Positions 7,975-16,561 of a DNA stretch of 21,401 nucleotides are shown one piece after another; the stretch's first letter is position 1, and each line of letters opens with the position of its first letter. Under the pieces are notes generated by a model. It did no database searches. It was given only the letters and a program-made list of their open reading frames with translations, and was not told the origin of the DNA. This DNA comes from Verrucomicrobiota bacterium (lineage in GTDB: Bacteria > Verrucomicrobiota > Verrucomicrobiia > Chthoniobacterales > UBA6821), in assembly GCA_008932965.1 (NCBI GenBank), contig WBXG01000029.1, positions 1 to 21,401 on the forward strand, read 5' to 3'. A program made the translations under genes and the position numbers.

Positions 7975-8652
7975 TTGACAATCATGAATTTTTTCGTCCC
8001 CCTTGTTATCATCGCACTCGGAGCCTACTTGATTGGCTCTTTACCAGCCGGTTATTTGGCTGGGCTCTGTTGTGGTATTGATATACGCCTTCATGGAAGT
8101 GGTAATATTGGTGCTACTAATGTGATGCGTGTGCTCAATAAAAAATGGGGATACAGTGTCTTTGCTGTCGACTTTTTGAAAGGGTGGTTTCCAGTTTTTT
8201 TAGCAATGCTCTGGAGCAATAATGCTTCTATAAGTCCCCACTCCGCTCCAGGAGCTATTGCTGCATTAGCAGCCTTACTGGGACATAATTTTCCCATCTG
8301 GCTACATTTTCGAGGAGGCAAGGGAATTTCAACCTCAGCCGGTATTATTGTGGGAATGTTTCCTGGATCTTTTCTGTTTTGCTTAGGAAGTTGGGGTCTT
8401 GTTTTTATGACCACACGCTATGTCTCTATTGCTTCGATCGTGGCTTCTATCATGCTTCCAACAACAGTCATTCTTTTTTATCTATGCGGTCATTTTTTTC
8501 CTAACTGGCCTCTCTGGCTTACTGGAGATTGGCTTTCTGTTGTTGTTTCCCTCCTTATGGGAGGCTTAGCTCTCTGGCGTCATCGCGGAAATATGAAGCG
8601 GCTTCTTGCAGGAACAGAACCACGCTTTGAATCTAAAAAACCCAAAAAATAA
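7975..8652 (+). CDS. plsY: Glycerol-3-phosphate acyltransferase PlsY
   Basis: 'GSLPAGYLAG...HGSGNIGATNVMRVL' and 'LLGHNFPIWLHFRGGKG' are PlsY signature blocks, in a multi-TM protein. The ORF opens with TTG at 7975; an alternative ATG is at 7984. Confidence 0.9.
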   Translation: MTIMNFFVPLVIIALGAYLIGSLPAGYLAGLCCGIDIRLHGSGNIGATNVMRVLNKKWGYSVFAVDFLKGWFPVFLAMLWSNNASISPHSAPGAIAALAALLGHNFPIWLHFRGGKGISTSAGIIVGMFPGSFLFCLGSWGLVFMTTRYVSIASIVASIMLPTTVILFYLCGHFFPNWPLWLTGDWLSVVVSLLMGGLALWRHRGNMKRLLAGTEPRFESKKPKK

Positions 8653-8656
8653 GATC

Positions 8657-9703
8657 ATGTCATCTTCCCCCTCATCACTATCTCTTAGTATTATTGGAGC
8701 AGGAAGCTGGGGAAGTGCCCTGGCACTGATTTTTGCGCGTGCTGGTAAAAGTGTGACTCTCTGGGGTCACGATGCCAGGCATCTTCAAGCTCTTAAAGAG
8801 TCACGCCTCAACGCTCGTTATTTACCAGGAATCCTATTTCCTGAAAATATTAACTGTACTACAAGCCTTGAAAAAGCCTCCGAAGCGGAAATCATTTTTT
8901 TTGTCATTCCCTCCAAGTTTTTTCGTTCTGTTGCTCACGTGTTAGCTCCCTACATGCTCTCTTCTTCCAGCAAGACTCTTATTAGTTGCACTAAGGGGAT
9001 AGAGCCTACGAGTGGAAAACTCATGAGTGATATCCTTGGAGAATTAATACCTACAGCCTCTATTGCCGTTTTATCAGGTCCTAATTTAGCCGGAGAAACA
9101 GCTCGAGGACTCCCTGCTGCAGGAGTTCTTGGAAGTAGAGAAGAATCTCATCTTGCCTTGCTTCAGCCGATTTTTCATCAAACACAGTATCGTGCCTACA
9201 CTAGTACTGATATTGCTGGTATTCAATTAGGAGGAGCTTTAAAAAATATTTTCGCCATTGCTACTGGAGTCTCTGACGGATTAGGAATGGGTGAGAATGC
9301 TCGAGCAGGACTTGTGACACGTGCTTTAGCAGAGATGACACGACTCGGCGTTGCTATGGGAGGACGCCCTCAAACTTTTAATGGGCTTAGTGGCATCGGT
9401 GATTTGATGGCAACCTGCTTTAGCCCCCAAAGTCGCAATCATCAATTTGGATGGCAACTCGCTCAAGGAAAATCTCCATTAGAAATCGAGCACTCGATGA
9501 CGATGATTGCAGAGGGTCTCTTTACAGCTCGTAGCGCTCAAGAATGTGCGCGCAAGCTTAGCATTGATACTCCCATTATCGATGAAGTTGTTGCTGTTCT
9601 GGATCAAGGAAAATCACCTCAATCCGCTATCAAAGAACTTTTAGGGAGACGTTTGCGCTCTGAGGAAGAGGGTTTGAAAGCAAGTAATAGAAATGCATTA
9701 TGA
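8657..9703 (+). CDS. gpsA: NAD(P)H-dependent glycerol-3-phosphate dehydrogenase GpsA
   Basis: Rossmann motif 'IIGAGSWGSALA', then 'GALKNIFAIATGVSDGLGMGENA' and 'GDLMATCFSPQSRN'. The ATG at 8657 lies 2 nt after the plsY stop. The longer track ORF from 8606 overlaps plsY. Confidence 0.9.
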   Translation: MSSSPSSLSLSIIGAGSWGSALALIFARAGKSVTLWGHDARHLQALKESRLNARYLPGILFPENINCTTSLEKASEAEIIFFVIPSKFFRSVAHVLAPYMLSSSSKTLISCTKGIEPTSGKLMSDILGELIPTASIAVLSGPNLAGETARGLPAAGVLGSREESHLALLQPIFHQTQYRAYTSTDIAGIQLGGALKNIFAIATGVSDGLGMGENARAGLVTRALAEMTRLGVAMGGRPQTFNGLSGIGDLMATCFSPQSRNHQFGWQLAQGKSPLEIEHSMTMIAEGLFTARSAQECARKLSIDTPIIDEVVAVLDQGKSPQSAIKELLGRRLRSEEEGLKASNRNAL

Positions 9704-9758
9704 GTAGAGTTTTTAAATCTTTTTTCCTAAAAGTACATCGACACTTATTATGCAGTTA

Positions 9759-9946
9759 TTGAGCTTGAATATTTCAAACTAAACTCTCATGAAGCATCGT
9801 ACAAAGCTCATTATTATAAGACGGGTAAGGATAGTCATGCCGGACTGTCTATTTTCCTAATATCCCAATCACAATTCATGACCAACGCAACAACCATAGA
9901 GCTTCCTAGAATCTGTAGAAAATTTAGTATGAAATATCCGGGCTAA
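9759..9946 (+). mobile_element. Palindromic TIR element, subtype 2, degenerate copy (about 188 nt)
   Basis: 'gaatatttcaaactaaactctcatgaagcatcgtacaaagctcattattataagacgg' aligns with the 21121 copy ('gaatatttcatactaaagtgtcatgaggcgccgtgcaaagctcattagtacaaggcgg'). The right end 'agtatgaaatatccgggctaa' ends at 9946. The left TTAA and first TIR bases are mutated. Confidence 0.7.
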
Positions 9947-9973
9947 CCCTATCCTAACTAACACCTCTCTTCT

Positions 9974-10660
9974 ATGCCCTCCCTTCCTCATCTTACTGCA
10001 CGCGGATTACGTCAGACATATCGACTTGGAAATAGTTCACTTGAAATTCTCCGTGGAATCGATCTGGAAGTAGCCAAAGGAGAGGTGCTCTTTCTTCGTG
10101 GTGCTTCTGGAGCAGGCAAATCAACCTTACTCTACACCCTTGCAGGACTTGAGAGACCCAGCGCTGGTGAAGTCATTTTTGAGGGCCATCCCCTTTTTAC
10201 AATGAAGCACAATCTCCTCTCTTTTCTTCGTAATGAACGTATGGGATTTGTCTTTCAATCCTATTTTTTATTACCTGAGTTAACTGCTTTTGAAAACGTC
10301 CATCTTCCTGCAATGCTTCTAGGAAAACCATATGAAGCTAAAGCAAAAGATCTGCTAGACCGCGTGGGACTTGGGAATCGACTCGATCACCTTCCCTCTC
10401 AACTTAGCGGAGGAGAGCAACAAAGGGTTGCCATTGCCCGTGCTTTAATGAATAATCCAACAATTCTTTTTGCTGATGAACCTACTGGAAATCTTGATGC
10501 TGCCACAGGGGCTACCATTATTGATCTTCTTTTAGAAATGACCCAGCAGGATCGTCGTACTTTAATTGCAGTGACACATGATCCTGTTCTCGCTTCCCGC
10601 GGCAATCGAGAACTTCTTATTGTTAATGGATTGATTCAAGAAATCAATTCCTCTCTATGA
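9974..10660 (+). CDS. ABC transporter ATP-binding protein, LolD/MacB/FtsE-like
   Basis: Walker A 'GASGAGKST', Q-loop, signature 'LSGGEQQRVAIARAL', Walker B 'ILFADEPTGNLD' and H-loop 'VTHD'. No cognate permease is adjacent, so a LolD assignment is tentative. Confidence 0.8.
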   Translation: MPSLPHLTARGLRQTYRLGNSSLEILRGIDLEVAKGEVLFLRGASGAGKSTLLYTLAGLERPSAGEVIFEGHPLFTMKHNLLSFLRNERMGFVFQSYFLLPELTAFENVHLPAMLLGKPYEAKAKDLLDRVGLGNRLDHLPSQLSGGEQQRVAIARALMNNPTILFADEPTGNLDAATGATIIDLLLEMTQQDRRTLIAVTHDPVLASRGNRELLIVNGLIQEINSSL

Positions 10661-11118
10661 GCACTCTAGACAACAGCATTCTTTTTTCAGAACAACATCC
10701 TATGATGACGCCCATTAGTGTGATGTTTTATGATACAGATGCTGCTGGGGTTGTTCACAACATTGCCTACCTTCGCTTTATTGAAACAGCGCGAACTCTA
10801 TTAGCCTTAGAATATGGAATGGATTGGGCTACTATGAAGGAAACCTCTGTTTTTCCAGTGGTTCTTCGCACTGAAATTGATTATCGATATCCTGCTCTCT
10901 TAGGTGACCTGGTGGAAGTTGAAAGCTGGATTGGAAAAATAAGTGCAGCACGTTTTTGGTGTCATTTTAACATTCATCGCCCCTCTGATGGGCTGCTCTT
11001 AGTAACCTGCAAGCAATCTTTGGCTTTTGTTAAAATGCCTGAAGGTAAAGTGCAACGATTGCCAAAAGGCTTTCCAACACCATTTATTCCACGAGCATCT
11101 CGGGATGGTGTTAGGTGA
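10657..11118 (+). CDS. Acyl-CoA thioesterase, 4HBT/YbgC hotdog family
   Basis: 'FYDTDAAGVVHNIAYLRFIE' is the typical YbgC-type catalytic Asp region, and about 150 aa fits a hotdog fold. The start codon overlaps the upstream stop (ATGA). Confidence 0.75.
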   Translation: MSTLDNSILFSEQHPMMTPISVMFYDTDAAGVVHNIAYLRFIETARTLLALEYGMDWATMKETSVFPVVLRTEIDYRYPALLGDLVEVESWIGKISAARFWCHFNIHRPSDGLLLVTCKQSLAFVKMPEGKVQRLPKGFPTPFIPRASRDGVR

Positions 11119-13115
11119 TCATTCCATTTCATTTTAAAATTAGAATGATCATGTTTCGAAAGATACATCTTACCACCCCTTTTTTCTTAGGTATTCTTGT
11201 ACTAGGACTTGGGATCTCCTCTCTGCTAGCTTCCGTGCCCCAAGAAGAAAAAGTAATCACTACTGATGAATACCTTTCTTATCTTAATAGCATCGCCCCT
11301 AGTGATACAGACCACCTCTATGAGCTTAAGATGGGAGAAGGAGCCCACCAAATCCTACGCCTTGGCACTCCAGGAGAGTATTACTATCTTGCCCCTTTAG
11401 AACAAAAGAAAAAGAGCCTGCTGCTCGTTTCCCTTGTAATGTCACAATTCTATTGCGACTGGAAAAATCGAGAAGCATCTGCTTTCTCAAATGAGGTTAC
11501 TATTGAGCAAGACCCCATTTCTGAACGAGAGAAGAGTAACCTTAGAGAAGATTCACAGGTCTTATTGCCCTATCCCAGGAGCACTCACTACGATCCCTTG
11601 CTCTCTTCCAATATTATTATCAATGTCATTTCCCAACTACAGGAAGATCTTGCAATTCCTCAAAACGAAGAAATATCTTGGGATTCATGGGAAATTGGTG
11701 GTACTATTTTGTTAGGATTAGTAGCTTTTGGTGGTGCTTCTAGCTGCTCTCATCCTGTAAGAGAGAGAGAGATCAGAGATGATTCTATTCCATACACGAG
11801 GAATGATCGCCACATTACCTTTGGTAATAATGAAGAGATAATTCACACCAACTCTCATTTCCTGAAAGGAGAAGATAAAATCCCAATTTTGAAAAATCAA
11901 TTGGATGTAAGTGATTCAGAAGATGAAGAAATGCTTCACGTGTTTAAGAATCAGTTGTTTTCAAGACAAATGTATTTAGATCGTGAAGATATCGATGATC
12001 AAGATCTCTTCAATGAGTCTAGCGCTAATATAAGAGTATTAGAAAATCTCCTATCACCGGAAATTCATCATAAATTTTTTAATGGGATCGTTGATAGCAG
12101 AACAATTCAAGAAATCCAAGATCTCATGGCCTCACATCAAAAGATTATTGAATGGACCGAAGATATCAGCATTGACGATCTGAGCATTAATCAACAGACA
12201 CGTAATCTTAAAAAGCTAACCGACTCTACAAAAAAAATTCTCGATACTAAAATGGGAATTCAGATTCATTCGATTCGAGTTGTTGCTGCCTCTTGTGTTT
12301 CAGATCTCATGGATCATGAAGTTAAAAAAGCCACACGAGAAATATTTTATCAGAGTTACTATGATTTGATTTCAAAGAGATATAATCATGCTCACACAAA
12401 CTTTGATCGTTTGAAACAACTCTACTACTTCTGCCAAGAGCATCAGATTCTCCCACTCAAAGAGCTTCAACAACTTGGAGAGCATGCCAATGCCAATAGC
12501 GCTCTTTGCAATAAAGTAGTTAAAAATTTAGAAGAGCTGTCATTCAATCGAGAAGAGCTTCAAGAACAGGATCGATGGTTAGCCCAAGAGACCGATGAGA
12601 TACATGCCATTATTAATGAGATTAAAAAGAAAGAGATCAGTCCAAATAGCATGATCGAACTAGAAAAGATTACTGCCCCCCTCTTAGAGATAAAATCCTT
12701 CAGTGAAGATCCGCATACTAACCCATTAACCCGCATATTTCATACTGATCGTGACGAGGAGGCCGCGAAGGCTGATGGGGCAAGGCGAGTGATGAAGTCT
12801 GACGACGGCTGTATGAGTACATACTGCCCGAGGAAGACTTCGAGCTCAACGCAGCATCTATCTGACTTCCCGGCTTTCGTAGTAGATCAGTATGAAATAT
12901 GCGGGTTAACCCGCATATTTCATACTGATCGTGACGAGGAGGCCACGAAGGCTGATGGGGCACCACCAGCGGTCGGGAAACGGCGGGGGGACTGCCAGAG
13001 ACTTTCTTTAAGCAGCCCTGAAAGGGCGAGACGAGCAGAAGTGAGCGAGTCAACGCAGAGGAGTAGCAGCGAAAGAATAGATGAAGAATCTATACTCGAT
13101 GATGAGCTTCGGTAA
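11115..13115 (+). CDS. Hypothetical membrane-anchored protein whose last ~125 aa are translated repeat elements
   Basis: A long ORF with no motif I recognise. The likely start is ATG 11145 or 11151 ('MIMFRKIHLTTPFFLGILVLGLGISSLLAS' is a signal/TM segment). A second hydrophobic segment is 'GGTILLGLVAFGGA'. From codon ~538 the frame runs through the elements at 12726-13058. Confidence 0.5.
   Translation: MIIPFHFKIRMIMFRKIHLTTPFFLGILVLGLGISSLLASVPQEEKVITTDEYLSYLNSIAPSDTDHLYELKMGEGAHQILRLGTPGEYYYLAPLEQKKKSLLLVSLVMSQFYCDWKNREASAFSNEVTIEQDPISEREKSNLREDSQVLLPYPRSTHYDPLLSSNIIINVISQLQEDLAIPQNEEISWDSWEIGGTILLGLVAFGGASSCSHPVREREIRDDSIPYTRNDRHITFGNNEEIIHTNSHFLKGEDKIPILKNQLDVSDSEDEEMLHVFKNQLFSRQMYLDREDIDDQDLFNESSANIRVLENLLSPEIHHKFFNGIVDSRTIQEIQDLMASHQKIIEWTEDISIDDLSINQQTRNLKKLTDSTKKILDTKMGIQIHSIRVVAASCVSDLMDHEVKKATREIFYQSYYDLISKRYNHAHTNFDRLKQLYYFCQEHQILPLKELQQLGEHANANSALCNKVVKNLEELSFNREELQEQDRWLAQETDEIHAIINEIKKKEISPNSMIELEKITAPLLEIKSFSEDPHTNPLTRIFHTDRDEEAAKADGARRVMKSDDGCMSTYCPRKTSSSTQHLSDFPAFVVDQYEICGLTRIFHTDRDEEATKADGAPPAVGKRRGDCQRLSLSSPERARRAEVSESTQRSSSERIDEESILDDELR
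12726..12909 (+). mobile_element. Palindromic TIR element, subtype 1 short form (180 nt plus TTAA), inside the 3' part of ORF 11115-13115
   Basis: TTAA at 12726-12729 and 12906-12909. It has perfect 25-nt terminal inverted repeats, 'ttaacccgcatatttcatactgatc' and 'gatcagtatgaaatatgcgggttaa'. The apical hairpin is at 12807-12828. Confidence 0.92.
12906..13058 (+). mobile_element. Palindromic TIR element, subtype 1 long form, 3'-truncated, in head-to-tail tandem sharing one TTAA with the preceding copy
   Basis: It matches the nadE copy from the left TIR through '...agccctgaaagggcgagac.agcag.agtgagcgagtcaacgcag', after which homology stops at ~13058. No right TIR is present. Confidence 0.85.
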
Positions 13116-13151
13116 TTTAAAAAACTCCTAGTTAGAGTATTATCAAACCAC

Positions 13152-14006
13152 TTACTTTGTTTTTGTGCCCTTATCAGCTGAGATGGGAGCTTTACTCTCA
13201 AGAGCAATAAGTTCAGAGACAGTCACAAATTTATATCCTTTTGATTTAAGCGCATCAATGACTTCAGGTATCGCTTGAATCGTTCCAGGTTTGATATCGT
13301 GAGAAAGAGTAATCGCTCCAGGTTTTGCACCAGCGATGAGACGCTGAGCTACCACATTAGCACCTGGACTTTTCCAATCGAGTGGATCGACTGACCAGAG
13401 GATAATCGTAAGACCATCTTTCTCCTCGATCATTTTTCCTGTGCGGAGATTGATGGCGCCATAGGGAGGTCTTAACAAGGTTGGCTTTTTTCCAGTTGCT
13501 TCTGAAATTGCATCTGAGGTTTTTTGAACCTCTTCTTGAACACGTTGCTCAGAGATTTTAGTGAGCGAAGGATGACTCCAGCTATGATTTCCAATTTCGT
13601 GTCCCTCTGCAGCAGCACGTGCTACAATTTCAGGCGAATGAACAACATTTTGTCCAATCACAAAAAAGGTCGCCTTTACCCCTTTTTCTTTCAAAATATC
13701 TAAAAGGCGGGGAGTGAGTGTGGGACTAGGACCATCATCAAAAGTCATGGCAATATAGGGGCCATCAACATGTACGGAGCTATATTTGCGATAGCTTGGA
13801 GTGGTCTCATCAGAGACTTTGGAGGAGTGGGGATCACCTTCGGAAGGAAGGAGCATTTGAGGAGCTTCAGTGGTCCCAGTTAACTCAGAAATTTCCGTTG
13901 ATGTTACTGGAGGAGATGAAACAGAGGGTTCCACACCCCAACCCACAGAAGAAAGAAGCACGAAAATAGTAAATAATGGAGAGAAAATGAGGCTTTTATT
14001 CTTCAT
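13152..14006 (-). CDS. Secreted polysaccharide/peptidoglycan deacetylase (NodB homology domain, CE4)
   Basis: 'IAMTFDDGP', 'ATFFVIGQN', 'GHEIGNHSWSHP', 'LLRPPYG' and 'WSVDPLDW' are the canonical NodB motifs. The likely start is ATG at 14006 ('MKNKSLIFSPLFTIFVLLSS', signal-like). The track ORF extends to 14039. Confidence 0.85.
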   Translation of the reverse strand: MKNKSLIFSPLFTIFVLLSSVGWGVEPSVSSPPVTSTEISELTGTTEAPQMLLPSEGDPHSSKVSDETTPSYRKYSSVHVDGPYIAMTFDDGPSPTLTPRLLDILKEKGVKATFFVIGQNVVHSPEIVARAAAEGHEIGNHSWSHPSLTKISEQRVQEEVQKTSDAISEATGKKPTLLRPPYGAINLRTGKMIEEKDGLTIILWSVDPLDWKSPGANVVAQRLIAGAKPGAITLSHDIKPGTIQAIPEVIDALKSKGYKFVTVSELIALESKAPISADKGTKTK

Positions 14007-14066
14007 GAAAAATAGGACTTCAACAGATAATATTATCAAAAATATTTTTTAAGGTTCCAGAAAAAC

Positions 14067-14087
14067 TAATTCATACTATCTTGTACG
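14067..14087 (+). repeat. Possible solo left-end remnant of the repeat family
   Basis: 'taattcatactatcttgtacg' compared with the nadE-copy left end 'taattcatactgatcgtgacg'; the first 11 nt (taattcatact) are identical. It lies in the divergent spacer between the deacetylase and xseB. Confidence 0.35.
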
Positions 14088-14115
14088 TCAACGTTCGATC
14101 TTGTGCATTGAATTT

Positions 14116-14364
14116 ATGAATGAAAAAAAATCCCCTTTACCCACCTCTATTGAATCTGCATTAGAGCGATTGGAAACAATTGTGAACACCATTGAAACAA
14201 CACCACCTCCACTGGAGACCTTGATTAATCGTTATGAGGAGGGAGTAGCTCTTTTAAAATTGTGCCAAGAAAAATTAACCACAGCAGAGCAACGCATTGA
14301 TATTATTTCGCGAAATGCTCGGGGTGAAGCTTCATTAAAGCCATTTGATTCAACAGTCGACTAA
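14116..14364 (+). CDS. xseB: Exodeoxyribonuclease VII small subunit
   Basis: 'LESALERLETIVNTIE....LETLINRYEEGVALLKLCQEKLTTAEQRIDII' is the typical XseB helical hairpin pattern, and about 80 aa fits. It lies upstream of dxs as in many bacteria. The ATG is at 14116; the track ORF opens at TTG 14101. Confidence 0.8.
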   Translation: MNEKKSPLPTSIESALERLETIVNTIETTPPPLETLINRYEEGVALLKLCQEKLTTAEQRIDIISRNARGEASLKPFDSTVD

Positions 14365-14525
14365 GCCGCTCTCTCAATATTAGGAGCGAGAAGAAAAAGG
14401 ACTCACTAAAGATAGGGCTTGTGACCTGTGGCAAATTATAAAATTATCTTCTACTTGCCAGCACGACTTTTCATTTTCATGACTCATTTCCTAGCAGCGC
14501 CCCTTTACTGACAAAGAAATCGAGG

Positions 14526-16430
14526 TTGTTATTTTTTATTGTGAGCCAACCTAACTTCATCGATTCACGAGATGCACTGCATGCGTTGCCAGAGGCCGAT
14601 CTCCCTGCATTAGCGGAAGAAATCAGGCAAGAACTCATCACCTCACTTTCACAGACAGGAGGCCACCTCGGACCTAACTTGGGAGTTGTAGAATTGACCA
14701 TTGCCCTTCATCGCGTCTTTAACACTCCCGATGACAAGCTTCTTTTTGATGTCAGCCATCAAGGTTATATTCATAAAATGCTCACGGGTCGTCGTGATCG
14801 CTTAGCAACCATTCGCCAGCATGGGGGACTTAATGGATTTTTATTACGCAGCGAAAGTGAGCACGATTGTTATGGTGCAGGACATGCTGGAACAGCTCTT
14901 TCAGCAGCACTTGGAATGGCTGCAGCACGGGATCACTACCATGGGAAAGAGCATGTGGTAGTCGTGGCTGGTGACGCCGCTTTTACTTGTGGCTCCAGCT
15001 ATGAAGCCTTAAATAATGTAGCGGCTACCACACAACGTCTCATTGTGGTTTTAAATGACAACAAATGGTCGATTGCTAAAAATACCGGAGCGATTGCTCA
15101 ACATTTTAATCGTATTACCACAAGCCCTGCTTACGCTCATCTTCACGAACAAGCGGCTAAATTTGTAGAATGGATTGGTGGAAAAAGAGCTCGTCATCTC
15201 GCTCACAAAATAGAGACGAGTTTTAAACAAATCCTTTTACCTAGTGTCATTTTTGAAAACCTAGGTCTTCGATACTATGGCCCTATTGATGGCCACAATA
15301 TTCCACTACTCATTCGGACCTTTGAATTTCTTAAGACTCAGCAAGAGCCTGTTATTCTCCATATTTTAACAGAAAAAGGGAAAGGCTATGCCCCTGCTAT
15401 TGCTAAGCCTGATAAGTTTCATGGACTTGGAAAATATCAACCTGAAACCGGAGAGACCGATATTGCAGCAACCCCCACCTACTCTGAGATCCTTGGGAAA
15501 TCACTCTCTACTTTTGCCGATCAAGACCCATCACTCGTGGCTATCACAGCTGCTATGCCGGATGGAACAGGTTTAATACATTTTTCCAAGCGGCATCCTA
15601 ACCGATTTTATGATGTTGGTATCGCTGAAGGTCACGCTGCACTTTTTGCAGCAGGGATGGCAACACAAGGAATGAAGCCGTTCCTAGCTATCTATTCAAC
15701 CTTTATGCAGCGGGCTTTTGATATGCTTGTCCACGATATTGCACTTCAAAACCTCCATGTTAATCTCTGCATGGATCGGGCTGGACTCTCCGGAGATGAT
15801 GGCCCAACACACCATGGCCTTTTTGACATTGCCTATCTACGCGCTATCCCCAATGTGATTCAAATGCAGCCCAAAGATGAGGAGGAATTTGTTGATATGC
15901 TCTGGACGATGTCCCAGGCTAAAAAAGGATTGATGGCTATTCGTTACCCTCGGGGAGCAGGCACTGGAGCGATTCCTAAAAAAAATCCTCAGCTTCTTTC
16001 CATCGGTCATGCAGAAGTACTACTCGAGGGAAAAGATGTGGCTCTTTTTGGATTAGGAAATTTTTGTTCAATAGCGCAAGAAGTTGCTCTTTTACTTGCT
16101 GCACACGGCATTGAGGCCGCTGTCATTAATCCTCGCTGGATTAAACCACTTGATACAAAAACTCTTTCTCTCTTTGCAAAAAAAACGAATTTGATTGTTA
16201 CACTAGAAGATCATGCTCTTCTTAATGGCTTTGGAACTGCAGTTGCTGAGCATCTTGAAGATGAGCAGATAAAAACGCCCCTCGTCCGTATCGGCTGGCC
16301 AGATCAATTTATTGAGCATGGATCTCTCCCAATTTTACGAAAAAAATATGGCCTCACCCCAGAGGCAATCGCAGAAAAAATCCTCTCTTTTTATAATTCA
16401 CTCCCTTCGTCCAGCAAGAGCCTTGAATAG
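14526..16430 (+). CDS. dxs: 1-deoxy-D-xylulose-5-phosphate synthase
   Basis: 'GGHLGPNLGVVELTIALHRVFNTPDDKLLFDVSHQGY', the ThDP motif 'GDAAFTCGSSYEALNN...LNDN' and 'GIAEGHA...DRAGLSGDDGPTHHG'. The start is uncertain, either TTG 14526 or GTG 14541. Confidence 0.95.
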   Translation: MLFFIVSQPNFIDSRDALHALPEADLPALAEEIRQELITSLSQTGGHLGPNLGVVELTIALHRVFNTPDDKLLFDVSHQGYIHKMLTGRRDRLATIRQHGGLNGFLLRSESEHDCYGAGHAGTALSAALGMAAARDHYHGKEHVVVVAGDAAFTCGSSYEALNNVAATTQRLIVVLNDNKWSIAKNTGAIAQHFNRITTSPAYAHLHEQAAKFVEWIGGKRARHLAHKIETSFKQILLPSVIFENLGLRYYGPIDGHNIPLLIRTFEFLKTQQEPVILHILTEKGKGYAPAIAKPDKFHGLGKYQPETGETDIAATPTYSEILGKSLSTFADQDPSLVAITAAMPDGTGLIHFSKRHPNRFYDVGIAEGHAALFAAGMATQGMKPFLAIYSTFMQRAFDMLVHDIALQNLHVNLCMDRAGLSGDDGPTHHGLFDIAYLRAIPNVIQMQPKDEEEFVDMLWTMSQAKKGLMAIRYPRGAGTGAIPKKNPQLLSIGHAEVLLEGKDVALFGLGNFCSIAQEVALLLAAHGIEAAVINPRWIKPLDTKTLSLFAKKTNLIVTLEDHALLNGFGTAVAEHLEDEQIKTPLVRIGWPDQFIEHGSLPILRKKYGLTPEAIAEKILSFYNSLPSSSKSLE

Positions 16431-16561
16431 GATAAGTAGAGAATTTTTTTTACAGAGATCATGACTCACTTCTTTTCATAAGGCTTTTGTAATTCTTATT
16501 GCCGTTAAGCCACTTTTACTTTAGAAATCACACTCCCCATTTTTAAAATCCCTAGTCATTT

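Noticed and set aside
12760-12800. Hammerhead-like strings ('gctgatgggg', 'gtgatgaagtc') in the element left arm
   Set aside because: They resemble CUGAUGA only superficially. There is no matching GAAA core or three-way junction arrangement, and the region pairs with the opposite arm of the palindrome instead.
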